The translations under genes were made by a program, and so were the position numbers. A DNA stretch of 17,601 nt from a virus (Duplodnaviria > Heunggongvirae > Uroviricota > Caudoviricetes): IMG/VR virus record IMGVR_UViG_2695420739_000021. The stretch is one strand, 5' to 3'. Numbering within the stretch: position 1 is the stretch's first letter; every line of letters starts with the position of its first letter. Under the pieces are notes generated by a model, which was not told the origin of the DNA, ran no database searches, and saw only the letters and a program-made list of their open reading frames with translations. Shown one piece after another: positions 1 to 6,732 of this stretch.

Positions 1-99
1 ATGGCGGCAGCACAACCGCTGGTATTTGATGCAGAACTGGACACCGTGCGTGAGCGTCTTGGTAGCGTAAAGGGCGGCGATGTGGAGTTCGGCAATTAA
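1..99 (+). CDS. 3' end of an upstream host gene (partial; product unknown)
   Basis: Open frame from window start to TAA at 97-99; lies outside the repeated unit; followed by hairpin terminators. Product not recognised. Confidence 0.3.
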   Translation: MAAAQPLVFDAELDTVRERLGSVKGGDVEFGN

Positions 100-296
100 C
101 AGCCGCAACAGCGTGAACACTGATGCGGGAGCTGGCTTTGAGCAAACATTGACGGGCCTGACGCTCGGTATCGATAGTCGTTTCTCCTGTGAAGAAAGCA
201 GCACAACTCAGGCGGGTGTAGTCTGGACGTTCTGATAACAGAAAATAAACAGGCCGTGATGTGTCGCGGTCTGTTTATCGAATTAAATGCAGATAT

Positions 297-328
297 AAAA
301 AAACCAACCGCAATAGGTTGGTTTTCTT
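297..328. terminator. Bidirectional intrinsic terminator in left flank
   Basis: A-run, stem AACCAACC / GGTTGGTT (302-309 / 316-323) with 6-nt loop, then TTCTT; reads as hairpin plus U-tract on both strands. Confidence 0.5.
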
Positions 329-342
329 GGGATTTTTGGTCC

Positions 343-375
343 ACGAGAGTAGTTTAATTGAGTATGTAACTACAT
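343..375. other. Candidate att core region (attL side), with inverted repeat GTAGTT / AACTAC
   Basis: Identity between the two unit starts begins at 342/9051. Inverted repeat 349-354 / 368-373 resembles core-type integrase half-sites. Exact crossover cannot be fixed without attB. Confidence 0.3.
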
Positions 376-410
376 GATTTTAAATAGTATGCTTGATTCA
401 ACTTTTAAAC

Positions 411-434
411 CGTATAACTAAACGTATAACTAAA
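411..434. repeat. Tandem 12-bp direct repeats CGTATAACTAAA x2 (putative integrase arm-type sites, P' arm)
   Basis: Perfect tandem copies at 411-422 and 423-434; same motif occurs four times upstream of int (8858-8912). Confidence 0.45.
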
Positions 435-660
435 ATCATTTGCTGAAAAAGTGTACAATTTAAATGCGAGTTTTCCTGTGGTAAAAGCTCCAACCGTAAC
501 GATGTTCGTTATGGTTGCCTTGATGGTCTGCGTGGTCATTATGACCATTCAGGATTTGAAGGGTGACGCTTCCGACTTCCTCAAATTGAGGTTTCCGAAA
601 ATATCAGCGGGTTAGCGATTAATCTGACCATTAATTAAACTGCGAAAATTTCGTAATTAT

Positions 661-686
661 CCCGATATGGGGATCACCATATCGGG
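661..686 (-). terminator. Hairpin downstream of capsid-like gene (putative operon terminator)
   Basis: Perfect 10-bp inverted repeat CCCGATATGG / CCATATCGGG with 6-nt spacer, just 3' of the gene ending at 703; followed by AU-rich rather than a clean U-tract. Confidence 0.35.
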
Positions 687-702
687 ATTGATGCCGGAAA
701 AA

Positions 703-1629
703 TCAGCTTTTCGCCAGAACGGTGACGGCCTTATCGAGTTTTTGCCATCCGCAATAGGTGATTGCCCTGAACGCTGTAGCGTCATTCTGGAAAAGGCTAA
801 CCGTCCCTGATTCGGTTTTTATTACCGCCTCATCAGTTGGGGTTATAACCGTGGCTTCAACGTTAATAATCAGCTTTTGAGCGTCTATCAGCATCATGCG
901 ATCCGCCTGTTCGCTCACAATTACCGGTATTCTCAAAAGCTCTATCTGCCAGAACTCAGCATCAGTAAGCTGTAAGGCGTTTTCTACGGGCAAGATTAGC
1001 GACGACGTGGCAAGCGTGTTACCGTTCGCTATGTGCTTTTTGAAAAGCTCTATGAAGTTTTCGGCCTCATCAGCACCATTAAGCACGCCCTCAGGGGATA
1101 CGCCCGCCACCTCCTGGTCACTGGAAAGAAATTTTTTATCTATTTCTTTCACCGATTCCGATGTGATCAAGTCTCTGATCGCTGAATTGGTACCAGGGGT
1201 GCTAAATTTGATTAGCTCGTTATTCAGCATCACAATAGCGCCAAGTTTGCACAGTTTTAGCGCACTTTCGTTTACTTCTCCCTCTTTGACAGGGATTTCT
1301 TCGGCTTCTTTAAGCCATTTACTACCCTTGCCTGATATTGACTGCAATTTTGCGCCAAACGGAAGATTCAGCGCGCTGCTGATTAGCTTGCCTGGTACAG
1401 ACTGCGAAAAAATATACTCGCCAAGCTCTCTTACTATCGGCTCTGCCACCAGCGACGGCATATTATCCGTAGTCATTCCGGCAACAATGGATTTTTCAAG
1501 AAATTTCGATACTGCCGGATCATTTTTTTTCGTCATTTCAATTGCGTCTGCATGGCTGAATTTACACGATGTAAGCACGCTGGCGGCGCGAACTGCCGAC
1601 ACGCCTTTCATGTTTTTAGAAATCATCAT
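703..1629 (-). CDS. HK97-fold major capsid protein-like (308 aa, no delta/scaffold domain)
   Basis: ATGATG start with AGGAGG about 8 nt upstream. Segment KLGAIVMLNNELIKF...EVAGVSPEGVLNGA resembles the conserved HK97-family capsid motif. Last gene of the terS operon. Assignment is from memory, not a search. Confidence 0.5.
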   Translation of the reverse strand: MMISKNMKGVSAVRAASVLTSCKFSHADAIEMTKKNDPAVSKFLEKSIVAGMTTDNMPSLVAEPIVRELGEYIFSQSVPGKLISSALNLPFGAKLQSISGKGSKWLKEAEEIPVKEGEVNESALKLCKLGAIVMLNNELIKFSTPGTNSAIRDLITSESVKEIDKKFLSSDQEVAGVSPEGVLNGADEAENFIELFKKHIANGNTLATSSLILPVENALQLTDAEFWQIELLRIPVIVSEQADRMMLIDAQKLIINVEATVITPTDEAVIKTESGTVSLFQNDATAFRAITYCGWQKLDKAVTVLAKS

Positions 1630-1777
1630 CTTCTTCCTCCTGGTAACATGGGGTTAGGGTTTCGTGAAAATATGGCATCAGAACAGCGGCAGCCTGTAAC
1701 CGTATTTCGGTTGGCTGCTGCTTGTCGTTCATGATTTCCGTGAGTACATCAATAGGGTCTGTGATGTATTCGCTCAT
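1616..1777 (-). CDS. Hypothetical small protein (53 aa) with acidic C-terminal tail
   Basis: ATG at 1777, 11 nt after terS stop; MSEYITDPIDVLTEIMNDKQQPTEIRLQAAAVLMPYFHETLTPCYQEEEDDDF; overlaps capsid start by 14 nt. Not in ORF track (under length cutoff). Confidence 0.35.
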   Translation of the reverse strand: MSEYITDPIDVLTEIMNDKQQPTEIRLQAAAVLMPYFHETLTPCYQEEEDDDF

Positions 1778-1788
1778 AGTTCGCTACC

Positions 1789-2277
1789 TCAGTGTTTTAA
1801 GCCAGTTGGTGGCTTAGGGATGGGGAACCGATTTGAGGAGACATTAGCGGCATTGAGTTTTTTAACCTCTTTTTTCCCAATGCTGCCGATCTTGCGGTGG
1901 GTGAACTGGGCCAGCTTAAACGCGGCATCTAAAGCCAGTTTTGGATCTGTGTCCATGTTGTCAATCAGTATCCTGCCCATTGCTTTGATGGGGTCGGGTA
2001 GGCCGTTATCCATCATCTCAATGGTGTTAATTGATGCCCGTTCCGGTGTAACTTTTTCGGTAACTTTCTTTGTAACTTTTTTCGGTTTTGTAACCTGAAA
2101 AGTTACATCAGAAGTTACAGCCTTAAGATACTTTTTCACCTCCGGATCATTGGATAGCTGCCAGCCTTTAACCCTTGCAGTCTTTTCGCTGTATCCCGCA
2201 TGTATCGCGGCTTCCGTTGGATTTGTGCCCTTTGATAACGCATCAGCAAACCGCTTTTTTTTGGTCGTTAATGCCAT
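1789..2277 (-). CDS. terS: Terminase small subunit (N-terminal HTH type)
   Basis: Internal ATG (MALTTKKKRFADALSKGTNPTEAAIHAGYSEKTARVKGWQL...) matches the TerS DNA-binding N-terminus. The track's longer 208-aa start is an unlikely N-terminal extension. Confidence 0.7.
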   Translation of the reverse strand: MALTTKKKRFADALSKGTNPTEAAIHAGYSEKTARVKGWQLSNDPEVKKYLKAVTSDVTFQVTKPKKVTKKVTEKVTPERASINTIEMMDNGLPDPIKAMGRILIDNMDTDPKLALDAAFKLAQFTHRKIGSIGKKEVKKLNAANVSSNRFPIPKPPTGLKH

Positions 2278-2323
2278 GCAAAAACCTCGTTTTGAGGGGG
2301 TGTAACTTTTCGTGTAACTTTTT
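2048..2323. repeat. Cluster of GTAAC(T)TTT repeats inside and just upstream of terS (candidate pac site)
   Basis: Direct copies at about 2048, 2060, 2072, 2090, 2302, 2313 and inverted AGTTAC at about 2101 and 2113. Two copies lie upstream of the terS start codon, so not purely a coding-repeat effect. Confidence 0.35.
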
Positions 2324-2404
2324 TGAAAAGCAAAATTTTCTATGAATGAGACTGGGGGCGGTGTCCAGGGCGATCGACTTTCCGGCCGGAACACTCCCCC
2401 CCTG

Positions 2405-2566
2405 TCATTGCTCACCGAGTAACGAGATCAGGCCTTCAACTTCATCACTCAGCTTGTTTATTCGTGTCTCAAGCTCTGCGATCTTTTCCATCAATGGCGC
2501 TATGGTGTCTCTTGTTTCCTCGCCAATGGCTTTAATGATGCTTGCCTCGCGTTCTGTGATAGCCAT
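2405..2566 (-). CDS. Hypothetical small coiled-coil protein (53 aa)
   Basis: ATG 3 nt after the stop of the preceding 64-aa gene; MAITEREASIIKAIGEETRDTIAPLMEKIAELETRINKLSDEVEGLISLLGEQ. Not in ORF track. Confidence 0.3.
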   Translation of the reverse strand: MAITEREASIIKAIGEETRDTIAPLMEKIAELETRINKLSDEVEGLISLLGEQ

Positions 2567-2569
2567 TGT

Positions 2570-2764
2570 TTACGCCTCACTTGTTGCAATGCCCAGGCGT
2601 TCGCGTAACAGTACGCGCGCAAGATGCCCTATTGTTGGTGTTGCCGCCCTGCCGTAGATACCTGATTCATTCATCCGGCGCACAATATCGAACTGCAACT
2701 TTTTAAGCTCGTTAAGGATTTCATGATCAATCATCACGGTAGCGCTTTGCTTTATCTCTTCCAC
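2570..2764 (-). CDS. Hypothetical small protein (64 aa), first gene of packaging operon; possible DNA-binding
   Basis: GTG start at 2764 with AGGAG 8 nt upstream; sits after an AT-rich promoter-like region and the terminator of the preceding unit. Confidence 0.4.
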   Translation of the reverse strand: MEEIKQSATVMIDHEILNELKKLQFDIVRRMNESGIYGRAATPTIGHLARVLLRERLGIATSEA

Positions 2765-2852
2765 TTTGTTTTCTCCTGATACTTATCATTGCATAACCAG
2801 TATTTTCGATAGATTATCATTAATTAACCATATTTGAAGATATATGAGATCG

Positions 2853-2876
2853 AAAAAAAGCCGGATTGCTCCGGCT
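2853..2876 (-). terminator. Intrinsic terminator after the 81-aa gene
   Basis: Minus-strand hairpin GCCGGAGCAATCCGGC followed by U7 (plus strand: A-run 2853-2859, hairpin 2860-2875). Confidence 0.6.
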
Positions 2877-2894
2877 ATGTGCTCACTTCTTCGG

Positions 2895-3140
2895 TTATTC
2901 TCCAGCGCTTTTAACGTTGATGGTTGTTACCTGTTCCGCTTCGGCAATCTCCCGTTCTGTCAGCGTGGCAAAGTTTGCCGCCGCTGTGGTCATGAATGCG
3001 CTTATCAGTTCGGGATGCTCCTTCGCGTATCCTTCCCCCGCGTGGCGGTCTATCGTTCTGATTGCCACCTTTAAGGAAAGCTCTGTCATGTCTAACGCTT
3101 TATATTTTGGCGCTGTCTTATCTCTGGTTTTTCTGTTCAT
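2895..3140 (-). CDS. Hypothetical protein (81 aa), origin-adjacent
   Basis: ATG at 3140 directly abutting the iteron array; followed by the intrinsic terminator. Confidence 0.35.
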   Translation of the reverse strand: MNRKTRDKTAPKYKALDMTELSLKVAIRTIDRHAGEGYAKEHPELISAFMTTAAANFATLTEREIAEAEQVTTINVKSAGE

Positions 3141-3345
3141 TCCCCACTACTCCCCACTTTTGCTCCCCACTTTTTGAAATTACCCACCGTCTCCCCACCT
3201 CTTTTTTTTGTGATTCTAACGTTATGTTTTTCAATATGTTTTTTACTCCCCACTTTTTTGGGTATATACAGGTGGGAAAGTGGGTAATTATGTTTCAATT
3301 TTGTTAAATTCCCCACTCCCCCCACTTTTACTCCCCACTTTTTAC
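3141..3345. repeat. Replication origin candidate: iterons (C)TCCCCACTTTT plus AT-rich segment
   Basis: At least 8 direct copies (3141, 3150, 3163, 3191, 3245, 3310, 3319, 3331), 2 inverted (GTGGGAAAGTGGGTA at 3272-3286), and AT-rich stretch 3201-3245. Directly 3' of the rep gene. Confidence 0.6.
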
Positions 3346-4675
3346 AGCGGGCGCACGTCATCACCGTCAATAACGATTACGCCATCATTTTCCAGCTTGT
3401 ACAGCCAGCGCCGGAAGTGCTTCATCTCATACCCCAGCTTTTTCATATCGTCGCGGAGAAGGGCGATAGTGCACGCCTCCCCGTGTGCTGTTCGTGTTCT
3501 GATGCACTGCCATAGCGCGGCGTGATTCTCCGTCTTGTTCCCTGCCTCCTCGATGCGCTCCAGTTCAACGGGAGGGCGCGGCTTATCCACCACCACCAGC
3601 GACGTGATTAACTCCCCGTCAGCGTCGGTAAAAAGCTCCACCACGCGTAAGTCATATGCTGCTTCTTTGAGTTCCTCCGCGTCCTTCATTTTGGTACATG
3701 AGATAACCAGCGCTTCGCTGCCTGCGTCCTCCCTGCGTATCCGGTATTCGGCGTCCAGTGATGCACGAAATGCACTGGAACCACGCGCCCCCTTTGTTTC
3801 ATCCTTGCCGGAATGGTGAACCACCAGCACCGTTGCCCCTGTGCGCCGTTTCAGTTCGTCACACCCACGGATAAACGCCCCCATATCACGGGAATCATTT
3901 TCATCATTGCCGCCAAAGCAGCGCGCCAGCGTATCCAGAATAATCATTCGAACCGGTTTACCCGTTTCCCGTTCCACCTGACGGGCAGCGATAACCATTT
4001 CACGTGCACAACCTCCCAGGCTTTTACACGACGCGGAACACCTATACCGCCTTCACCAACCACATAGAGAACCGCACCATGTGCAACCCTGCGGCCTCCC
4101 CACTGGCGACCAGTGGCAACATGGCACGCCCACGATCCGGCAAGGAATGATTTATAGGACCCGCTAGCCCCGTATATGCTGCATAGCGATACCGCCGGAA
4201 TAATCCCCTTAACCACGTAATCCAGTTGCGTGTCGTATCCGGTAGATCCAACGCTCATCGGTAGCGTGGTTTTTCGCTGGTGGTTTTTTTCTTCCGCCGG
4301 CTCTTTCCCGCGCACCCGTTCCAGGTATTCGCGCCAGTTCTCCCGCATATGGCTGTGCATCCCTTCGGGGTAATAATTCGCATCAGTTACACCCGCCGCC
4401 GCCAGCTTGTGCGCAATGGCATTAATATTTGATGGCCTGATGTGGCCTGCCTTGTACAGCCGGACACAATAGCGCCCCTCGTCGATGATTCTCAGGTCTG
4501 CCAGTTCATCCAGTTGATCATCAGCCAGCACAACGGGAGGCACATTATCGCCAGCCAGTCGCCCGTCCTGTTCCTGCCACTGTTTCGCATGTGCCCAGGC
4601 ATCACTACCCGCAAAAATAATGACTTCGGTCATCTTGTCGTAAGGCTGTTTTTTTAAGTTCGGTGCGCTTTTCAT
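3342..4675 (-). pseudogene. Disrupted replication protein (AAA_25/RepA-like), split by 67-bp deletion
   Basis: Copy 2 has one 466-aa ORF; copy 1 is split into 3944..4675 (N-terminal, Walker A GASGSYKSF, frameshifted tail) and 3342..3998 (C-terminal, Walker B MIILD). Deletion at about 3999-4001. Confidence 0.7.
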
Positions 4676-4971
4676 TTCTTGCCCCTGAATCCGTTAATCA
4701 TGGTTTTCAGCTTCTGGATGTTTGCCCGTGCCCTGGCGTTGCTGGTGGGCACGTTATGCGGCGCGGTCTGTACCAGAGAAAAATCACGCCGGAACTGATA
4801 AACAGGCATCACGCAATCATATTCGTAACCTTCACGGCGGTAAGTTACGCACCGTCCCGCCACGCCCTTAATCATTACCGTGCCGCCGTACTGGTCGCGG
4901 TAAATATCACCGCGCGTAAATTTAGGGTGAGTGTTGCCACTGGCAGTTAAGCCAGAATATTTAAGTTTCAT
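4672..4971 (-). CDS. Hypothetical protein (99 aa), translationally coupled to rep
   Basis: ATG at 4971 with GGAG upstream; stop overlaps rep start (ATGA). Confidence 0.4.
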   Translation of the reverse strand: MKLKYSGLTASGNTHPKFTRGDIYRDQYGGTVMIKGVAGRCVTYRREGYEYDCVMPVYQFRRDFSLVQTAPHNVPTSNARARANIQKLKTMINGFRGKK

Positions 4972-4976
4972 TATTT

Positions 4977-5210
4977 TTATTCTCCGGTGTGCTGTTCGTT
5001 ATATCTGTCGTGCAATGTCTCTATTTCCTGCAACTCATTTATTACAGGCTCAAGAAGCGTTATTAATGCCGTGACAATTCTTGATTTTTGTTTGTCGCGT
5101 TCATTGTCGCCAAGTGTTTCAAGCCATATGCGCAATATTTCGTACATACCTTCAGCGTAAGCAAGGGCACTAAATGCGCGGTCTATTGTTTCGTGGTAAA
5201 TATCACGCAT
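4977..5210 (-). CDS. Small acidic helical protein (77 aa)
   Basis: ATG at 5210; net negative charge; overlaps stop of the upstream gene (TAATATG). Confidence 0.4.
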   Translation of the reverse strand: MRDIYHETIDRAFSALAYAEGMYEILRIWLETLGDNERDKQKSRIVTALITLLEPVINELQEIETLHDRYNEQHTGE

Positions 5211-5211
5211 A

Positions 5212-5433
5212 TTAATCCCCGTCCGTTGTTTTTCTTAAAACAGCTTCTGTCACGAAATCAGCATAGTTAGCGGCAATATCAAGAATATTTAGCCCTGTAT
5301 CTCTGTGCTCATCAGTGCAAAGAAAGAAAAAAGCCACCCGCATAATTTCAGATATTGACGAAAGCGCATCAGCCGCATCATCAGGAACGCCGGAAAATTC
5401 TTGTTTCAGGGAATTAAAACGATCATCACGCAT
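5212..5433 (-). CDS. Small acidic protein (73 aa), paralog of the next gene (PDDAADAL motif)
   Basis: Start MRDDRF with a G8 run as ribosome-binding site; overlaps the upstream gene (ATGCGTGA). Confidence 0.4.
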   Translation of the reverse strand: MRDDRFNSLKQEFSGVPDDAADALSSISEIMRVAFFFLCTDEHRDTGLNILDIAANYADFVTEAVLRKTTDGD

Positions 5434-5647
5434 AACCCCCCCCATTTTCACAATCAGCAACAAGAATATTTTTAGCGTCATTCAGCGACCGCGTTGCGAT
5501 GTATCGGATACATTCCAGGGCGAACTGTGTCCGGTCTTTCTGTTCTTCTCCCTGCGCAAGCTCTGCAGTGCATTCAATATCGATAAGCGCGTGCATCAGC
5601 GTAGTGAGCGCGTCGGCTGCTGCGTCCGGTGTGGTTTTATTGCACAT
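5426..5647 (-). CDS. Small acidic protein (73 aa), paralog (TPDAAADAL motif)
   Basis: Start MCNKTT with AGGAGG 7 nt upstream; overlaps the Icd-like stop. Confidence 0.4.
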   Translation of the reverse strand: MCNKTTPDAAADALTTLMHALIDIECTAELAQGEEQKDRTQFALECIRYIATRSLNDAKNILVADCENGGGYA

Positions 5648-6197
5648 GGCACACCTCCTGACGAATACGGGCGGCGAATACAGCAACACAACCGGACGGG
5701 CAACGGCTACGCGCTTCGCGTTCCGTCCAGGCGGTTACGTGGATGATTTGATGTTCTGACGCGCCAAAGATGATAAAGCGCCAGAGAAAGGCGGTTTGAG
5801 AATGTACAAGGGTAGGGATAGTAGCCATGTTGGCAGCCTCCTCAGTGTGGTTAAGATAACCGCCACCGGAAACGCCAATTTCGCTGGTGGCGGACTGTAC
5901 AGGGTTGGCGTAACCGGACACTGAAGAAACCGGCGCGGATTGCTCCGCCCCCGTACAGCCCACCATTGATAAGGTGTGACTATGCGGCACAAAAAAACAC
6001 GCGGGGCGCGTGTTATGCGCTTCAGTTTTGCCCAGGACGCCAATCCCGGCACCCGTTTTATGAGGTGCGCGGGAATCATAGCTATTTTCGACACTGGCGA
6101 TCAACTGGTTTTTTTCTCCGATATTCAGGGCCAGAAAACGCCACACAAAGGCCGTTTGTGTGTGTACAAGGTGTGGTATATGATTTACGGCAACCAT
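5637..6197 (-). CDS. Icd-like (Ash-family) protein, tandem two-domain reading frame; internal start at 5828 gives a 63-aa Icd-like product
   Basis: Two paralogous segments share HLVH(T/S)QTAF(V/L)WRF; distal one ends ...TEREARSR...VFAARIRQEV, like P4-type Icd-like proteins. No stop between them. GAGGAGG precedes the internal ATG at 5828; GGAG precedes ATG at 6197. Confidence 0.45.
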   Translation of the reverse strand: MVAVNHIPHLVHTQTAFVWRFLALNIGEKNQLIASVENSYDSRAPHKTGAGIGVLGKTEAHNTRPACFFVPHSHTLSMVGCTGAEQSAPVSSVSGYANPVQSATSEIGVSGGGYLNHTEEAANMATIPTLVHSQTAFLWRFIIFGASEHQIIHVTAWTEREARSRCPSGCVAVFAARIRQEVCHVQ

Positions 6198-6285
6198 AAC
6201 GGCTCCTAGTTTACGTTGTTGGTTAGACGCCCCGTATGTGTTCCCAGCACTGCGGGGCGTTGATTTTTGTGTAATGGCAAGTACA

Positions 6286-6329
6286 ATGGTAATTACCATG
6301 TAGGTATAGTAATGAAGGGTAATTACCAT
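6286..6329. promoter_or_regulatory. Paired palindromic operators in divergent promoter region
   Basis: Perfect 14-bp palindrome ATGGTAATTACCAT (6286-6299) and 12-bp GGTAATTACCAT (6318-6329), centres 30 bp apart; second overlaps the RHH start codon. Possible TATAGT -10 at 6305-6310. Confidence 0.5.
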
Positions 6330-6501
6330 GTCAACACCATTAGAAAAACGTTCGCCTCCATACCAAATGCGATTACCGGAAGACTTCAGAGCGCAGCTAG
6401 AAGAAGCAGCTAAGGCCGATGGCGACACATCTTTAGCCACTTGGATTAAACGCGTTCTCCGCAAAGAATTACAGCAACGCGGCATAGAACCCAAAGGATA
6501 A
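6328..6501 (+). CDS. Ribbon-helix-helix (Arc/CopG-like) DNA-binding protein, 57 aa; putative element repressor
   Basis: MSTPLEKRSPPYQMRLPEDFRAQLEEAAKADGDTSLATWIKRVLRKELQQRGIEPKG fits the Arc-type RHH pattern. Divergent from the Icd/rep operon. Not in ORF track. Confidence 0.5.
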   Translation: MSTPLEKRSPPYQMRLPEDFRAQLEEAAKADGDTSLATWIKRVLRKELQQRGIEPKG

Positions 6502-6543
6502 AAACTATCAGCGCCGTGGTGTGAGGTATTACGGCGCATTGCT

Positions 6544-6732
6544 ATGCAGGACAACACAATGACCGATAAAGAATTGACCAAAACATTATCACCGGCACGG
6601 AAAAGACGGCGCAGAAAGATAGAGCATGAATCAGAAAGATTCGCGCCATGTGCTTTTGCCCTTGAGCAATTCCTTAAAGAGTACAGGGAAAAGCGCTCAT
6701 TGCAGGTATGGCAACGAACTGAACCAGACTGA
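6544..6732 (+). CDS. Hypothetical basic small protein (62 aa)
   Basis: ORF between RHH gene and the plus-strand terminator; weak ribosome-binding site; arginine-rich stretch KRRRRK. Confidence 0.25.
   Translation: MQDNTMTDKELTKTLSPARKRRRRKIEHESERFAPCAFALEQFLKEYREKRSLQVWQRTEPD

Noticed and set aside
1-342. tRNA or tmRNA integration target in the left flank
   Set aside because: No cloverleaf-compatible sequence seen, only the end of a protein-coding gene and hairpin terminators. The target may lie beyond the right end, which the window does not reach.
96-344. 82-aa minus-strand ORF
   Set aside because: Spans the att junction and terminator hairpins and has an implausible Cys-rich translation.
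502-615. 37-aa hydrophobic peptide ORF (MFVMVALMVCVVIMTIQDLKGDASDFLKLRFPKISAG), possible type I toxin-like
   Set aside because: No recognisable ribosome-binding site or promoter, and its single N-terminal hydrophobic stretch could arise by chance in AT/GT-rich sequence; kept only as a note.
896-1657. 253-aa plus-strand ORF
   Set aside because: Antisense to the capsid-like gene, serine-rich low-complexity translation, no ribosome-binding site; typical shadow ORF.
2278-2415. N-terminal extension of terS to the 208-aa ORF start
   Set aside because: Extension lacks TerS-like sequence and overlaps the 53-aa coiled-coil ORF; the internal ATG at 2277 gives a canonical TerS N-terminus.
3141-3345. 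CRISPR array
   Set aside because: Repeat unit is only about 11 bp with no unique spacers of regular length, and it abuts a rep gene; iterons are the better explanation.
3342-4675. ORFs 3342..3998 and 3944..4675 as two separate genes
   Set aside because: They are the two halves of one rep gene, continuous in copy 2, separated here by a 67-bp frameshifting deletion.
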